A stretch of DNA of 64,000 nt. It comes from Caldisericota bacterium (GTDB lineage: Bacteria > Caldisericota > Caldisericia > B22-G15). The first letter of the stretch is position 1. Each line of letters starts with the position of its first letter. Positions 1 through 8,842 of this stretch are shown here, piece after piece. The DNA lies in contig JBAMLT010000192.1 of assembly GCA_039793425.1 (NCBI GenBank), positions 24,030-88,029 of the forward strand, given 5' to 3'. Made by a program: the position numbers and the translations under genes. A model generated the notes under the pieces. The model was given only the letters and a program-made list of their open reading frames with translations, had not been told where the DNA came from and searched no databases.

Positions 1-20
1 AAAGGCAAAAGATTTTTTAA

Positions 21-50
21 AGGTCTGATTTTTATCAGACCTTTTTTATT
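21..50 (+). terminator. Rho-independent terminator-like hairpin (AGGTCTGAT-TTTT-ATCAGACCT) followed by a T-run; it probably ends a gene lying upstream of the window
   Basis: Perfect 9-bp inverted repeat with a 4-nt loop at 21-42, followed by TTTTTTATTTT. A TATAAT-like element (54-59) and an AGGGAGG RBS precede the ATG at 82. Confidence 0.5.
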
Positions 51-81
51 TTGTTATAATTTAGTAAAAAGGGAGGTTCTT

Positions 82-1734
82 ATGAAAAAAGAGTTTAAAT
101 TTTTTATTTTAATTTTTTTAACCCTCTTTTTATTATTTCATATAAGTTTTTATGAAAGAAATGTTAAAGCAAATGAAAAAGGTTGGATAAAAATTACATA
201 TGAATTATATGGTGGTTATATAAATTTTTTCACACCTGACCCAAATGATTCAAAAGTTCTCTATGTTTCAACAAATAATGGAATTTTCAAAAGCGAAGAT
301 CAAGGTAAAATATGGAAAAATTTAGGATTAACTGAATATAATATTAATTCTATTGAGATTGATTCAAAAAACACAAAAATAATCTATGTATCAACTGAAG
401 GAGATGGAATTTTAAAAAGCATTGATGGAGGATTAAGTTGGAAAAAAATAAATGATGGAATTGAAGATTTAAATGTAAAATTTGTAAGAATTGATAAAAA
501 TAATAATTCAATAATTTATTCTATTACTTGGAGTGGAATTTATAAATCAACAAATCAAGGCTTAACTTGGTTTAAAATAAATAATGGAATTACAAATTTT
601 AGAATAAATTCATTTTTAATTAACCCAAAAAACTCAAATATTTTATATATAGCAACATGGAGTGGAATTTTTAAATCAATTGATGGGGGTGAAAACTGGT
701 TTTCAATAAATAATGGATTAACTGATCTTATAGTTTACTCACTTACAATTGATTACAATAATACAGATATTTTATATTGTGGTACCGATAGTGGTTTATT
801 TAAATCAATTGATGGTGGAGAGAGTTGGATTCAAAAAAGTGAGAGTTTGAAACTTTTATATGAAGTTAATATTATAAATGATTATTCAATTTATAACATT
901 TTAATTGACCCAAATAATTCAAATGTTTTATATTTAGCAACATCTTTTAGTGGGGTTTTAAAATCAACTGATTCAGGAGAAAATTTTTTTGCTATAAATA
1001 AAGACCTTGATGATTTAAGAGTAAGACTTATCTATTTTGATCCAATAAACTCAAAAGTGCTTTATGCATTTTCATTAGGTGGAGGAATTTATAAATATTT
1101 TAATCCATGTATTATAAAAATTGAATCAAATGATGGCGGGAAAGTAAATCCATCTCAAGATATTGAAGTTGAATATGGTGGAAGTATTCTTCTTTCTTTT
1201 ATACCAGATGAAGGATATTTTGTTAAAGAGGTTATTATTGATGGAAAATCATTCGGTTTTATTAAAACTTATAAATTTGAAGATTTAGAAAATGATCACA
1301 AAATTAAAGTTATTTTTGAAAAGATAAAAGAAAAAGAGAAAATTATTTTAAAACTTCAAATAGGAAATTTAATTATGCTTGTAAATGGAATAGAGAAAGA
1401 AATAGATGTTCCACCACAGATAGTTGAAGGAAGAACACTTTTACCAATTAGATGGGTTGCAGAAACTTTAGGAGCAAATGTTGGTTGGGATGGAGTAGAA
1501 AAGAAAGTTACTGTTTCTTTAAAAGAAAATTTAATTGAACTATGGATAGGTAAGAATATTGCAAGAGTAAATGGAATTGATACACCAATAGATCCTAATA
1601 ATCCAAAGGTTGTTCCTATGATTATTTCTGGTAGAACAATGCTTCCTGTTAGATTTGTTGCAGAAAATTTAGGATGTAAAGTAGATTGGGATGGAATAAC
1701 AAAAACAGTAATAATTACTTATGAAATAAATTAG
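82..1734 (+). CDS. Secreted BNR/Asp-box repeat beta-propeller protein with a central Ig-like domain and two C-terminal copper-amine-oxidase-N-terminal-like (stalk) domains
   Basis: N-terminal signal peptide. Six S-x-D-x-G-x-x-W type repeats (FKSEDQGKIW, LKSIDGGLSW, YKSTNQGLTW, FKSIDGGENW, FKSIDGGESW, LKSTDSGENF). The C-terminus carries two copies of a GRTLLPIRWVAE..GWDG / GRTMLPVRFVAENLGCKVDWDG module. Confidence 0.6.
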   Translation: MKKEFKFFILIFLTLFLLFHISFYERNVKANEKGWIKITYELYGGYINFFTPDPNDSKVLYVSTNNGIFKSEDQGKIWKNLGLTEYNINSIEIDSKNTKIIYVSTEGDGILKSIDGGLSWKKINDGIEDLNVKFVRIDKNNNSIIYSITWSGIYKSTNQGLTWFKINNGITNFRINSFLINPKNSNILYIATWSGIFKSIDGGENWFSINNGLTDLIVYSLTIDYNNTDILYCGTDSGLFKSIDGGESWIQKSESLKLLYEVNIINDYSIYNILIDPNNSNVLYLATSFSGVLKSTDSGENFFAINKDLDDLRVRLIYFDPINSKVLYAFSLGGGIYKYFNPCIIKIESNDGGKVNPSQDIEVEYGGSILLSFIPDEGYFVKEVIIDGKSFGFIKTYKFEDLENDHKIKVIFEKIKEKEKIILKLQIGNLIMLVNGIEKEIDVPPQIVEGRTLLPIRWVAETLGANVGWDGVEKKVTVSLKENLIELWIGKNIARVNGIDTPIDPNNPKVVPMIISGRTMLPVRFVAENLGCKVDWDGITKTVIITYEIN

Positions 1735-2276
1735 TGTGAAATTATACCAAAACCACCTGAAATTGGGTCTTTAAATAATAAGTTTTTTGGTGGAAAGTAA
1801 GTTAATAAAGAAAAAGAGATAAAGATTGTCAAAAATAAAATTATTGATAATATTTGGTAATTTTTCCCTAAACTCTCTTTTTTAGTTAAAAATTTATATG
1901 TAACATACTCACCAAGAAATGTAGCAAGAATAAAAATAAAAATATCCCAAAATAGTGAATCACTTTTAAATATAAATTTGTATCCATAAAATAAAACAAT
2001 TATTGTTATTGGCATTATGTAAAAACCTATGACCTTTCCTAAAAAATAATTCTTAACATATTTTTTAACAAATGGATATTCAATTAATGAAAATAAAAGT
2101 GCTGGGAAAAATGCAAGTTTAAGGTGTTCCCATGTACTCTCATTAACTGCAGCAAAATAAGCAAAAATTTTTGAATTTCCAGACCACTCAAAAACAAAGT
2201 GAAGCATTGAACCAATAAATATAATAAATAAAAATGCAAAAATTTGCCACTTAAAGATTACTTTTCTCTCTTTCAT
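1731..2276 (-). CDS. Hypothetical integral membrane protein (about 5 TM)
   Basis: Hydrophobic segments throughout and no recognisable catalytic motif. Its 3' end overlaps the convergent upstream gene by 4 nt. Confidence 0.35.
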   Translation of the reverse strand: MKERKVIFKWQIFAFLFIIFIGSMLHFVFEWSGNSKIFAYFAAVNESTWEHLKLAFFPALLFSLIEYPFVKKYVKNYFLGKVIGFYIMPITIIVLFYGYKFIFKSDSLFWDIFIFILATFLGEYVTYKFLTKKESLGKNYQILSIILFLTIFISFSLLTYFPPKNLLFKDPISGGFGIISH

Positions 2277-2336
2277 AATTCACCTCTCTTATAAATTCTA
2301 CCATTATTGTGCTAATATAAATAATAAAATGAAAAA

Positions 2337-2552
2337 ATGAAAAATCTTGGAATTACTATTTTTATATTGGGCGTCGCGATTTTCGTTGGTTATGTTATTT
2401 ATCAGATTATAACTATTCTTTTCAAATTTACTCTACCAATAGTTTTAGAAATAGCAATAATTTTAATATTTTCAGGTTTTATAATAATTCTTCTTTCTCT
2501 TATTTTCGAAAAAATAAAAAAAGGAAAGGAAGAGGGAATAGATAAATTTTAA
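2337..2552 (+). CDS. Small two-TM membrane protein, apparently co-transcribed with the downstream ybjQ-like gene
   Basis: 71 aa with two hydrophobic helices and a KKGKEEG tail. Its stop lies 12 nt before the AGGAGGTGA RBS of the next gene. Confidence 0.35.
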   Translation: MKNLGITIFILGVAIFVGYVIYQIITILFKFTLPIVLEIAIILIFSGFIIILLSLIFEKIKKGKEEGIDKF

Positions 2553-2563
2553 GGAGGTGAGTT

Positions 2564-2881
2564 ATGATTTTAACAACATGTGATTTTGTACCAAACAAAA
2601 AAATTAAAGAAGTTTTAGGTATTGCTCTTGGAATTACAGTAAGAGCTAAAAGTTTTGCAAAAGATTTTACAGCAGCACTAAAAAACCTTGTTGGAGGAGA
2701 GATATCAGAATATACTGAACTTCTAAGAGAAGCAAGAAGTCAAGCACTTTATAGAATGGAAGAAGAAGCAAGAAAACTTGGTGCAGATGCTGTAATTAAT
2801 ATTAGATTTGTAACTGCAAGTGTTATGCAAGGTGCAGCAGAACTACTTGCATATGGTACTGCAGTAAAATTTGAAGATTAA
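2564..2881 (+). CDS. ybjQ: YbjQ/UPF0145 family protein (putative heavy-metal-binding domain)
   Basis: 105 aa with the characteristic family pattern (GIALGITVRAKSF..GGEI..Y..LL..AR..A..RM..EA..LGADAVINIRF). Confidence 0.8.
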   Translation: MILTTCDFVPNKKIKEVLGIALGITVRAKSFAKDFTAALKNLVGGEISEYTELLREARSQALYRMEEEARKLGADAVINIRFVTASVMQGAAELLAYGTAVKFED

Positions 2882-3609
2882 AAATTAATTAAAGCAGTTA
2901 AGGGAACTTCAAGATTATTTTCTTCAAGCAAAATTTTATCTTTTAATATATCATCTTTTAAACCAATTTTTATAATTTTCCCTTTATTCAATAAAATCAC
3001 TCTATCGCATAGTTTATAAATAATATCAAGATCATGAGATGCTATAATTTTTGTTCCTTCTAATGTGTTAATAATATTAACAATATTTTTTCTTGAATAT
3101 GGATCAAGACCAATTGTTGGTTCATCAAAAATAATAATTTCCGGTTTCATTGATAAAATCGTCGCTATTGATATTTTTTTCTTTTCTCCAAAACTTAAAT
3201 GATCAGGAAAATAATATTTATATTCAGTCATGTCCACTTTTTCTAATGCCTCTTCAACTCTTTTTAAAACATCATCTTTATATAATCCTAAATTTAGTGG
3301 ACCGAAAGAAACATCCTCAAAAACAGTAGGAGAGAAAAGTTGATCATCTGGATTTTGAAAAACAATCTGAAGTTTTTTTCTAATTTTTCTAATGTTTTCA
3401 TTATTTAATTCCATATCAAAAATTTTTATTAAACCATTTCCCTTTAAAATTCCATTTAAATTTAAAATTAAAGTAGTTTTACCTGCACCATTTGCTCCTA
3501 TTATTCCGATTGTTTCATTTTCATAAATTTCAAAATTGATATCATTTAGTTTAAATAAACCATTCGAGTAAGTATAAAATAAATTTTTTACTTCAATAAC
3601 CTTTTTCAT
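2878..3609 (-). CDS. cbiO: ECF/cobalt-nickel transporter ATP-binding protein (CbiO/EcfA-like)
   Basis: Walker A GANGAGKTT, an LSFGEKKK signature motif and Walker B IIIFDEPT. It is the last gene of the nikR-cbiM-PDGLE-cbiQ-cbiO operon. Confidence 0.85.
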   Translation of the reverse strand: MKKVIEVKNLFYTYSNGLFKLNDINFEIYENETIGIIGANGAGKTTLILNLNGILKGNGLIKIFDMELNNENIRKIRKKLQIVFQNPDDQLFSPTVFEDVSFGPLNLGLYKDDVLKRVEEALEKVDMTEYKYYFPDHLSFGEKKKISIATILSMKPEIIIFDEPTIGLDPYSRKNIVNIINTLEGTKIIASHDLDIIYKLCDRVILLNKGKIIKIGLKDDILKDKILLEENNLEVPLTALINF

Positions 3610-4373
3610 AATAGAAATTTTATGAATAATAAAATAGAAGAAAATAAAAATAAAAATAAAAAGTCAAATTTATTAAAATTACCAAAATCCAAATTTTTCA
3701 TTTCCCCATCGTAACCTCTACTTACCATTGCAAAATAAATTCTTTCACTCCGATTTATCGATCTAATCAATAAAACAGAAATTATATTTGCATAAACTAC
3801 AATTTGATTAATTATAAAACCTCCAAAATATCTCGAATTTCTTGCTAACTCCATTCTTTTAATCTCGTCAACTAAAACAAAAATGTATCTATAAACAAAT
3901 AGAATTGTTGATGTGATAATTTTTGGAACTAAAATAAGATCTAAACTTTTAATTAATAAATTAAAATCAGTCGTCTGTATTAAAAAAATTACAAGAATAA
4001 GAGAATTAATCGATTTACATAAAATTAATATAAAATTAAGATAGTTTGATTGGATTTTAAAGAAAAAGATTTTGAATAAACTAATTTCCAAAATTGTACC
4101 TTTTTTAAAAAATAAAAATGATATTGAAATCAAAATAAAAAAGGGTAATATTCCTAAAACTTTTTTTAAAATTTTAATTATTGAAACTTTACCTAAAATA
4201 ATTAAGAAAAATGTAAAAATAAGATAAAAAAATATCTTTTGAAATTCTAAATAATTTGTTGTTAGGATTAATATTAAAAAAATTATTATATATATAAATT
4301 TTATCAAGGGATGAATTTTATAAATCCAACCTCTTCTATTATAAAGTTTGTCTATTATACCAGAATAAATCAA
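3606..4373 (-). CDS. cbiQ: ECF transporter transmembrane (T) component, CbiQ-like
   Basis: Polytopic membrane protein sitting between the cbiM/PDGLE genes and the cbiO ATPase, with overlapping start and stop codons. Confidence 0.6.
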   Translation of the reverse strand: MIYSGIIDKLYNRRGWIYKIHPLIKFIYIIIFLILILTTNYLEFQKIFFYLIFTFFLIILGKVSIIKILKKVLGILPFFILISISFLFFKKGTILEISLFKIFFFKIQSNYLNFILILCKSINSLILVIFLIQTTDFNLLIKSLDLILVPKIITSTILFVYRYIFVLVDEIKRMELARNSRYFGGFIINQIVVYANIISVLLIRSINRSERIYFAMVSRGYDGEMKNLDFGNFNKFDFLFLFLFSSILLFIKFLL

Positions 4374-4678
4374 ATTTTTACTCTTTTAATAACATATCCA
4401 ACGACAAAAGATAAAAAGAATACTGTTAAAACTCCTATAAAACCAGCCAATATAGTAGATAATGAATCATTTTTTATTGATCTTAAAGAGTAATCAGCGA
4501 TTGGAGAATTTATTAAATTAATTCCTTTTTCAGAAAAATTAAATATTTCCGATACCTTTTCAAGACCATCTGGGAAAGAAGAAGCAATTGGCGATAAAAC
4601 TACTAAAACTATTGTTATTATAAAACCATATAAAATAATTTTTTTCATAAAATTCCTCCTAAACTTTTTGATACACAA
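4370..4678 (-). CDS. PDGLE-domain small membrane protein (CbiN-like accessory component of Ni/Co uptake)
   Basis: 102 aa with an N-terminal TM helix, a conserved SFPDGLE motif and a C-terminal TM helix. It overlaps cbiM and cbiQ. Confidence 0.55.
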   Translation of the reverse strand: MCIKKFRRNFMKKIILYGFIITIVLVVLSPIASSFPDGLEKVSEIFNFSEKGINLINSPIADYSLRSIKNDSLSTILAGFIGVLTVFFLSFVVGYVIKRVKI

Positions 4679-5285
4679 GATCTTTTTTAATCTTAAATAT
4701 AAAACTTAGAATTAATGAAGTAATTAAACCTTCTCCTATACCTATAAGTGCATGAATTCCAACCATACTTGGTAATCCAAGAGATAATGGAACTGTTCCT
4801 GATATTGAAAGTTGAAGGGAACAAAAAAATGCTCCAATAACTACTGATAACCATCCTGCTATAAAAGATGCGATAAAGAAATTTCCTTTTAAAATCTTCT
4901 TAAAGAAATTATAGATATAATAACCAAAAATTGTACCAATCAATCCCATATTAAAAATATTTGCACCTAAAGTAAGAATTCCTCCATCAGCAAATAGAAG
5001 TGATTGAAGTAGAAGAATAACAGACATAACAATAAGACCTAGATATGGACCAAGGATAATACCAATTAAAACACCTCCTACAAAATGACCCGATGTGCCA
5101 TTTAAAACAGGGAAATTAAGCATTTGTGCAGCAAAAACAAATGCTCCAAGTACTCCCATCAAAGGAATAGTTTTTTCTTCTAATTGATTTTTAACTTTTT
5201 TAACTGCAATACTTAATGAACCAAATGAAATAGCCCAAAAACTTATCCATGTTTTTGTGTCTAAAAATCCATCAGGTATATGCAT
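4659..5285 (-). CDS. cbiM: Cobalt/nickel ECF transporter substrate-capture component CbiM/NikM
   Basis: Starts MHIPDGFLD, the hallmark CbiM N-terminus, and is a polytopic membrane protein. Confidence 0.85.
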   Translation of the reverse strand: MHIPDGFLDTKTWISFWAISFGSLSIAVKKVKNQLEEKTIPLMGVLGAFVFAAQMLNFPVLNGTSGHFVGGVLIGIILGPYLGLIVMSVILLLQSLLFADGGILTLGANIFNMGLIGTIFGYYIYNFFKKILKGNFFIASFIAGWLSVVIGAFFCSLQLSISGTVPLSLGLPSMVGIHALIGIGEGLITSLILSFIFKIKKDLVYQKV

Positions 5286-5286
5286 T

Positions 5287-5700
5287 TTAAACCTCCTTTC
5301 CTGTTGTTGTTACAATCATAGAACTATGTTTTATACCTTTTGTACTTTTCAATAAATTACTTAATTTAACAATATCCTTTGCATTTCCTTTAACAGCGAC
5401 TATTTCAAGACAATTATCATAGTCAAGATGAATGTGAAGGGTTGAGATAACTATATTATGATAATCATGTTGAATATCTGTTAATTTATCAACAAGTTCT
5501 CTTCTATGATGATTATAAACAAGAGTAATTGCTCCAGCAACTTCTCCACCTCTTAACCATTCTCTTTTTATTAAACTCTCTCTTATTAAATCACCAATTG
5601 CTTTTGACCTTGTAGGGTAGTTCTCTTTTTTAATCATTTCATCAAATTTATTAAGAACATTTTTTTCAATTGAAACACCAAATCTAATTATTTCTTCCAT
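5287..5700 (-). CDS. nikR: Nickel-responsive transcriptional regulator NikR (ribbon-helix-helix plus C-terminal metal-binding domain)
   Basis: 137 aa. N-terminal RHH (RFGVSIEKNVLNKFDEMI..YPTRSKAIGDLIRE) and a His/Cys-containing C-domain (HHRR..H..H..C). It sits directly upstream of cbiM. Confidence 0.8.
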   Translation of the reverse strand: MEEIIRFGVSIEKNVLNKFDEMIKKENYPTRSKAIGDLIRESLIKREWLRGGEVAGAITLVYNHHRRELVDKLTDIQHDYHNIVISTLHIHLDYDNCLEIVAVKGNAKDIVKLSNLLKSTKGIKHSSMIVTTTGKEV

Positions 5701-5741
5701 TTTTTTATCTCCTGTAGCACAAAAATAAAAATCATAACACT

Positions 5742-5769
5742 ATTATAATGAAACTATCTATTATGTCAA
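5742..5769 (-). promoter_or_regulatory. Consensus sigma-70 promoter for the nikR-cbiMQO operon
   Basis: Reading the minus strand: TTGACA, a 16-nt spacer, then TATAAT, about 45 nt upstream of the nikR ATG. Confidence 0.45.
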
Positions 5770-5778
5770 GGGGGAAAA

Positions 5779-6552
5779 TTATGAAAATATTTTCTGGAAT
5801 TGTTTTAATTTTTTTTCTAAATTATTTTTAGATAAAAAAAGTTCTTTTATTAGAAAATTTTTATAACCTTCTGTGAATTTATATTTAGGAAAAATAATGG
5901 TTATTGAATATAAATTTTTATTTTTTTTATCAAAAATAGGAATAGAGATATCACAATAGCCAAGTTTATACTCTTCAATTGATATGGAAAATCCATCTTT
6001 TCTTATTTTATCAATCTCTCTTATCAAAGCATCCTTTTTTGTAATTGTGTTATCTGTATATTTTTTAAAATTAATACTATTAATTAAATTCTCTCTTTCT
6101 CTTTTTTTTAGAAAACTAACTAAAATTTTACCAGATGATAATGTATAAAAAGGAATTTCATCTTTTTCAAAATAGGTGTTATTAAATGTTGAATAAACCT
6201 TTAAAATTTTAATATTACTATCTTCCAACCTTGCAATAAATATATCCTCATTTATTCTATTTTTTAAATTTAATATTATTTTCTCTAAAATAAAATTTAT
6301 AGGATTTTTTACTATATTTTTAAAAAATATATTTATAAATTTTTGACTTAAAATATAACTTTTTTTATTTTCTGAATATTCAATAAAACCTTTCTTTTTT
6401 AAAATGTTTAGAATTCTTAAACTTCCTGATTTACTTAATTTAAAAAGATTAGAAATTTCTTCAATAGTTATATTTTCATTTCTTATAATAAAATATTCAA
6501 AAATATCTAAGACCTTTCCCTGAGAACCAAGAAATTCTTCTGATTTAGTCAT
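5779..6552 (-). CDS. IclR-family transcriptional regulator (HTH plus effector domain)
   Basis: The N-terminal wHTH matches the IclR pattern (ITIEEISNLFKLSKSGSLRILNILKKKGFI); about 250 aa. Confidence 0.55.
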   Translation of the reverse strand: MTKSEEFLGSQGKVLDIFEYFIIRNENITIEEISNLFKLSKSGSLRILNILKKKGFIEYSENKKSYILSQKFINIFFKNIVKNPINFILEKIILNLKNRINEDIFIARLEDSNIKILKVYSTFNNTYFEKDEIPFYTLSSGKILVSFLKKRERENLINSINFKKYTDNTITKKDALIREIDKIRKDGFSISIEEYKLGYCDISIPIFDKKNKNLYSITIIFPKYKFTEGYKNFLIKELFLSKNNLEKKLKQFQKIFS

Positions 6553-6558
6553 TATTTA

Positions 6559-7776
6559 TTATTGAATCTGACCGACCATATAGAATATTGGAAGATAAAG
6601 TGAAATAACTATAAAACCTATTATTCCTCCGACAAAAATAATTAATAATGGTTCTATTAATGAAGTTAATTGTCCAACTGCCCTATCAACTTCTTCTTCA
6701 TAAAAGGCAGATACTTTATGTAACATATCCTCAAGTTCTCCTGTTTCTTCTCCAACTGCCGTCATTTGAATTACCATTGGAGTGAAAAGACCAGAATCTT
6801 CCATTGGTTTTGATAAAGTTTCTCCTCTTCTAACTCTATCTTCAATTTTCATTATCTCTTTTTCAATTATTACATTATCAACTGTCGTTGAAACAGTATC
6901 TAATGCCTGAAGAAGTGGAACTCCAGCAGCGAGTAAAGATGATAAGGTACCTGAAAATCTTGCCATAATAGTTAAGTGATTCACTCTTCCTAAAACTGGC
7001 ATCTTTAACTTACCTTTATCAACTCTTTCTTTTCCCTGTGGTGTAGATTTATATACATTATATAAAGCATAAACACCAATAGCTGCAATTAATATAGCCC
7101 ACCAGTATTTTGTAAGCATTCTTGAGAGATTTAATGTAAAAGCGGTCATTGCTGGAAGAGGGACATTCAAATCTGCAAAAAATCCAGCAAATCTTGGAAC
7201 AAAAACTAACAGCATGAAAAAACCAAGTGAAAAGGCAAAAATTAAAACAAAAAGAGGATAACTCATAGCACTTTTTATTTTTTGCCTGATTCTATAATCA
7301 TTTTCAAGAAATTCAGTTATTCTTTCAAGAGATCTATCAAGTGTACCTCCTACTTCTCCTGCTCTAACCATACTTATATAAAGATTTGAAAAAACAGAAG
7401 GGAAATTTAACATGCTTGTTGATAATGGTATACCTGATTCAACATTCTTTTTTATCTCTTTTGATATCTCTCTTAATTTTTTTGTTGGTGATTGGAAGGA
7501 TAATATATCGAGAATTCTTGTAAGAGGTAAACCCGCTTTTAACATTGTTGTGAATTGCCTTGTAAAGAAAAGTAGAGATTGAATATTAACTCCTCTTTTA
7601 CCAAAAAATCTAAATAGCAAACCTTCAAGACCACTTTCTTCTGTCTTTTCAATTTTTAAAGGTATTAGTCCCCTCTTTTTTAATGATGTTTCAAGTTCTT
7701 CAGCAGAAGTTGCTTCTAATTTGCCCTCAATTACTTTTCCATATGAATCTCTTCCTCTATATTTGAACTTTGCCAT
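6559..7776 (-). CDS. pilC: Type IV pilus inner-membrane platform protein PilC (GspF family)
   Basis: 405 aa with the two-fold GspF repeat architecture and conserved motifs (GLPL.R.L, RMLTKYWW, the EETG.L region). Confidence 0.9.
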   Translation of the reverse strand: MAKFKYRGRDSYGKVIEGKLEATSAEELETSLKKRGLIPLKIEKTEESGLEGLLFRFFGKRGVNIQSLLFFTRQFTTMLKAGLPLTRILDILSFQSPTKKLREISKEIKKNVESGIPLSTSMLNFPSVFSNLYISMVRAGEVGGTLDRSLERITEFLENDYRIRQKIKSAMSYPLFVLIFAFSLGFFMLLVFVPRFAGFFADLNVPLPAMTAFTLNLSRMLTKYWWAILIAAIGVYALYNVYKSTPQGKERVDKGKLKMPVLGRVNHLTIMARFSGTLSSLLAAGVPLLQALDTVSTTVDNVIIEKEIMKIEDRVRRGETLSKPMEDSGLFTPMVIQMTAVGEETGELEDMLHKVSAFYEEEVDRAVGQLTSLIEPLLIIFVGGIIGFIVISLYLPIFYMVGQIQ

Positions 7777-8842
7777 AATCTACCCTCCCCAGCATTTTAA
7801 TGATTTCTTCTTTATCATATGAGTATCTTAAAGCACTATCATATGTAATCAATCCATTGTCATATAAATCTTTTAATGATTGATTCATAGTTTGCATTCC
7901 AAGATCTCTTGAAGTTTGTATTATTGTATTAATCTGATAGGATTTATTTTCTCTAATTAAATTTCTTACTGCTGGTGTTACAATTAATACTTCTGATGCA
8001 AGAATAAGGCCACTCTCATCTTTTTTGTTAAGTAATTGTTGGGAAAATATTGCTGATAAATTATTTGAAAGTTGTACTCTAATTTGCTGTTGTTGATGAG
8101 GAGGAAAAACATCTATTATTCTATCAATTGATTGTGCAGCAGTGTTTGTGTGAAGTGTTGCAAAAACAAGGTGTCCTGTTTCTGCTGCTGTTATAGCAGC
8201 AGAAATTGTTTCAAGGTCTCTCATCTCACCAACAAGAATAACATCTGGATCTTCTCTTAAAACGCTTCTTAAAGCATTTGGAAAAGACTTTGTATCTGAA
8301 CCAAGTTCTCTTTGAACAACAACACTTTTTCTGTGTCTATGTAAATATTCTATCGGATCTTCAATTGTTATTATATGTAAACTCCTTGTTTCATTAATTT
8401 TATCTATAACAGATGCAAGTGTTGTTGATTTTCCAGTTCCTGTTGCACCAGTTACAAGAACAAAACCTTTTTCAAGTTCTACAATTTTATTCATAACTTT
8501 TGGTAAACCAAGTTGTTCAAAAGTAGGTATATCCCAGGGAATTACTCTGAAAGCAGCTGCAACTGTTTGTCTCTGTCTGAATACATTCACTCTAAATCTT
8601 CCAACATGAGGAATTCCAAAAGAAAAATCTATTTCCCAGTTTATTTTAAAATTATTTTTTTGTTCATCATTCATTATTGGATACACAAGATCTTCAATTT
8701 CCTCAGGAGTTAAGATATCTCCTTTTAAAGATATTAAATTCTTTTTAACTCTGAAAATAGGAGGAAGACCTGCAGTTAAGTGTAAATCTGAAGCATTTTT
8801 TTCTTTACATAGTTTTAGTAAATCATCGAGTTTATAAATCAT
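7757..8842 (-). CDS. pilT: Type IV pilus retraction ATPase PilT
   Basis: Walker A GATGTGKST, DPIEY, a His box and the characteristic PilT N-terminus (ASDLHLTAGLPP). Confidence 0.9.
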   Translation of the reverse strand: MIYKLDDLLKLCKEKNASDLHLTAGLPPIFRVKKNLISLKGDILTPEEIEDLVYPIMNDEQKNNFKINWEIDFSFGIPHVGRFRVNVFRQRQTVAAAFRVIPWDIPTFEQLGLPKVMNKIVELEKGFVLVTGATGTGKSTTLASVIDKINETRSLHIITIEDPIEYLHRHRKSVVVQRELGSDTKSFPNALRSVLREDPDVILVGEMRDLETISAAITAAETGHLVFATLHTNTAAQSIDRIIDVFPPHQQQQIRVQLSNNLSAIFSQQLLNKKDESGLILASEVLIVTPAVRNLIRENKSYQINTIIQTSRDLGMQTMNQSLKDLYDNGLITYDSALRYSYDKEEIIKMLGRVDYGKVQI

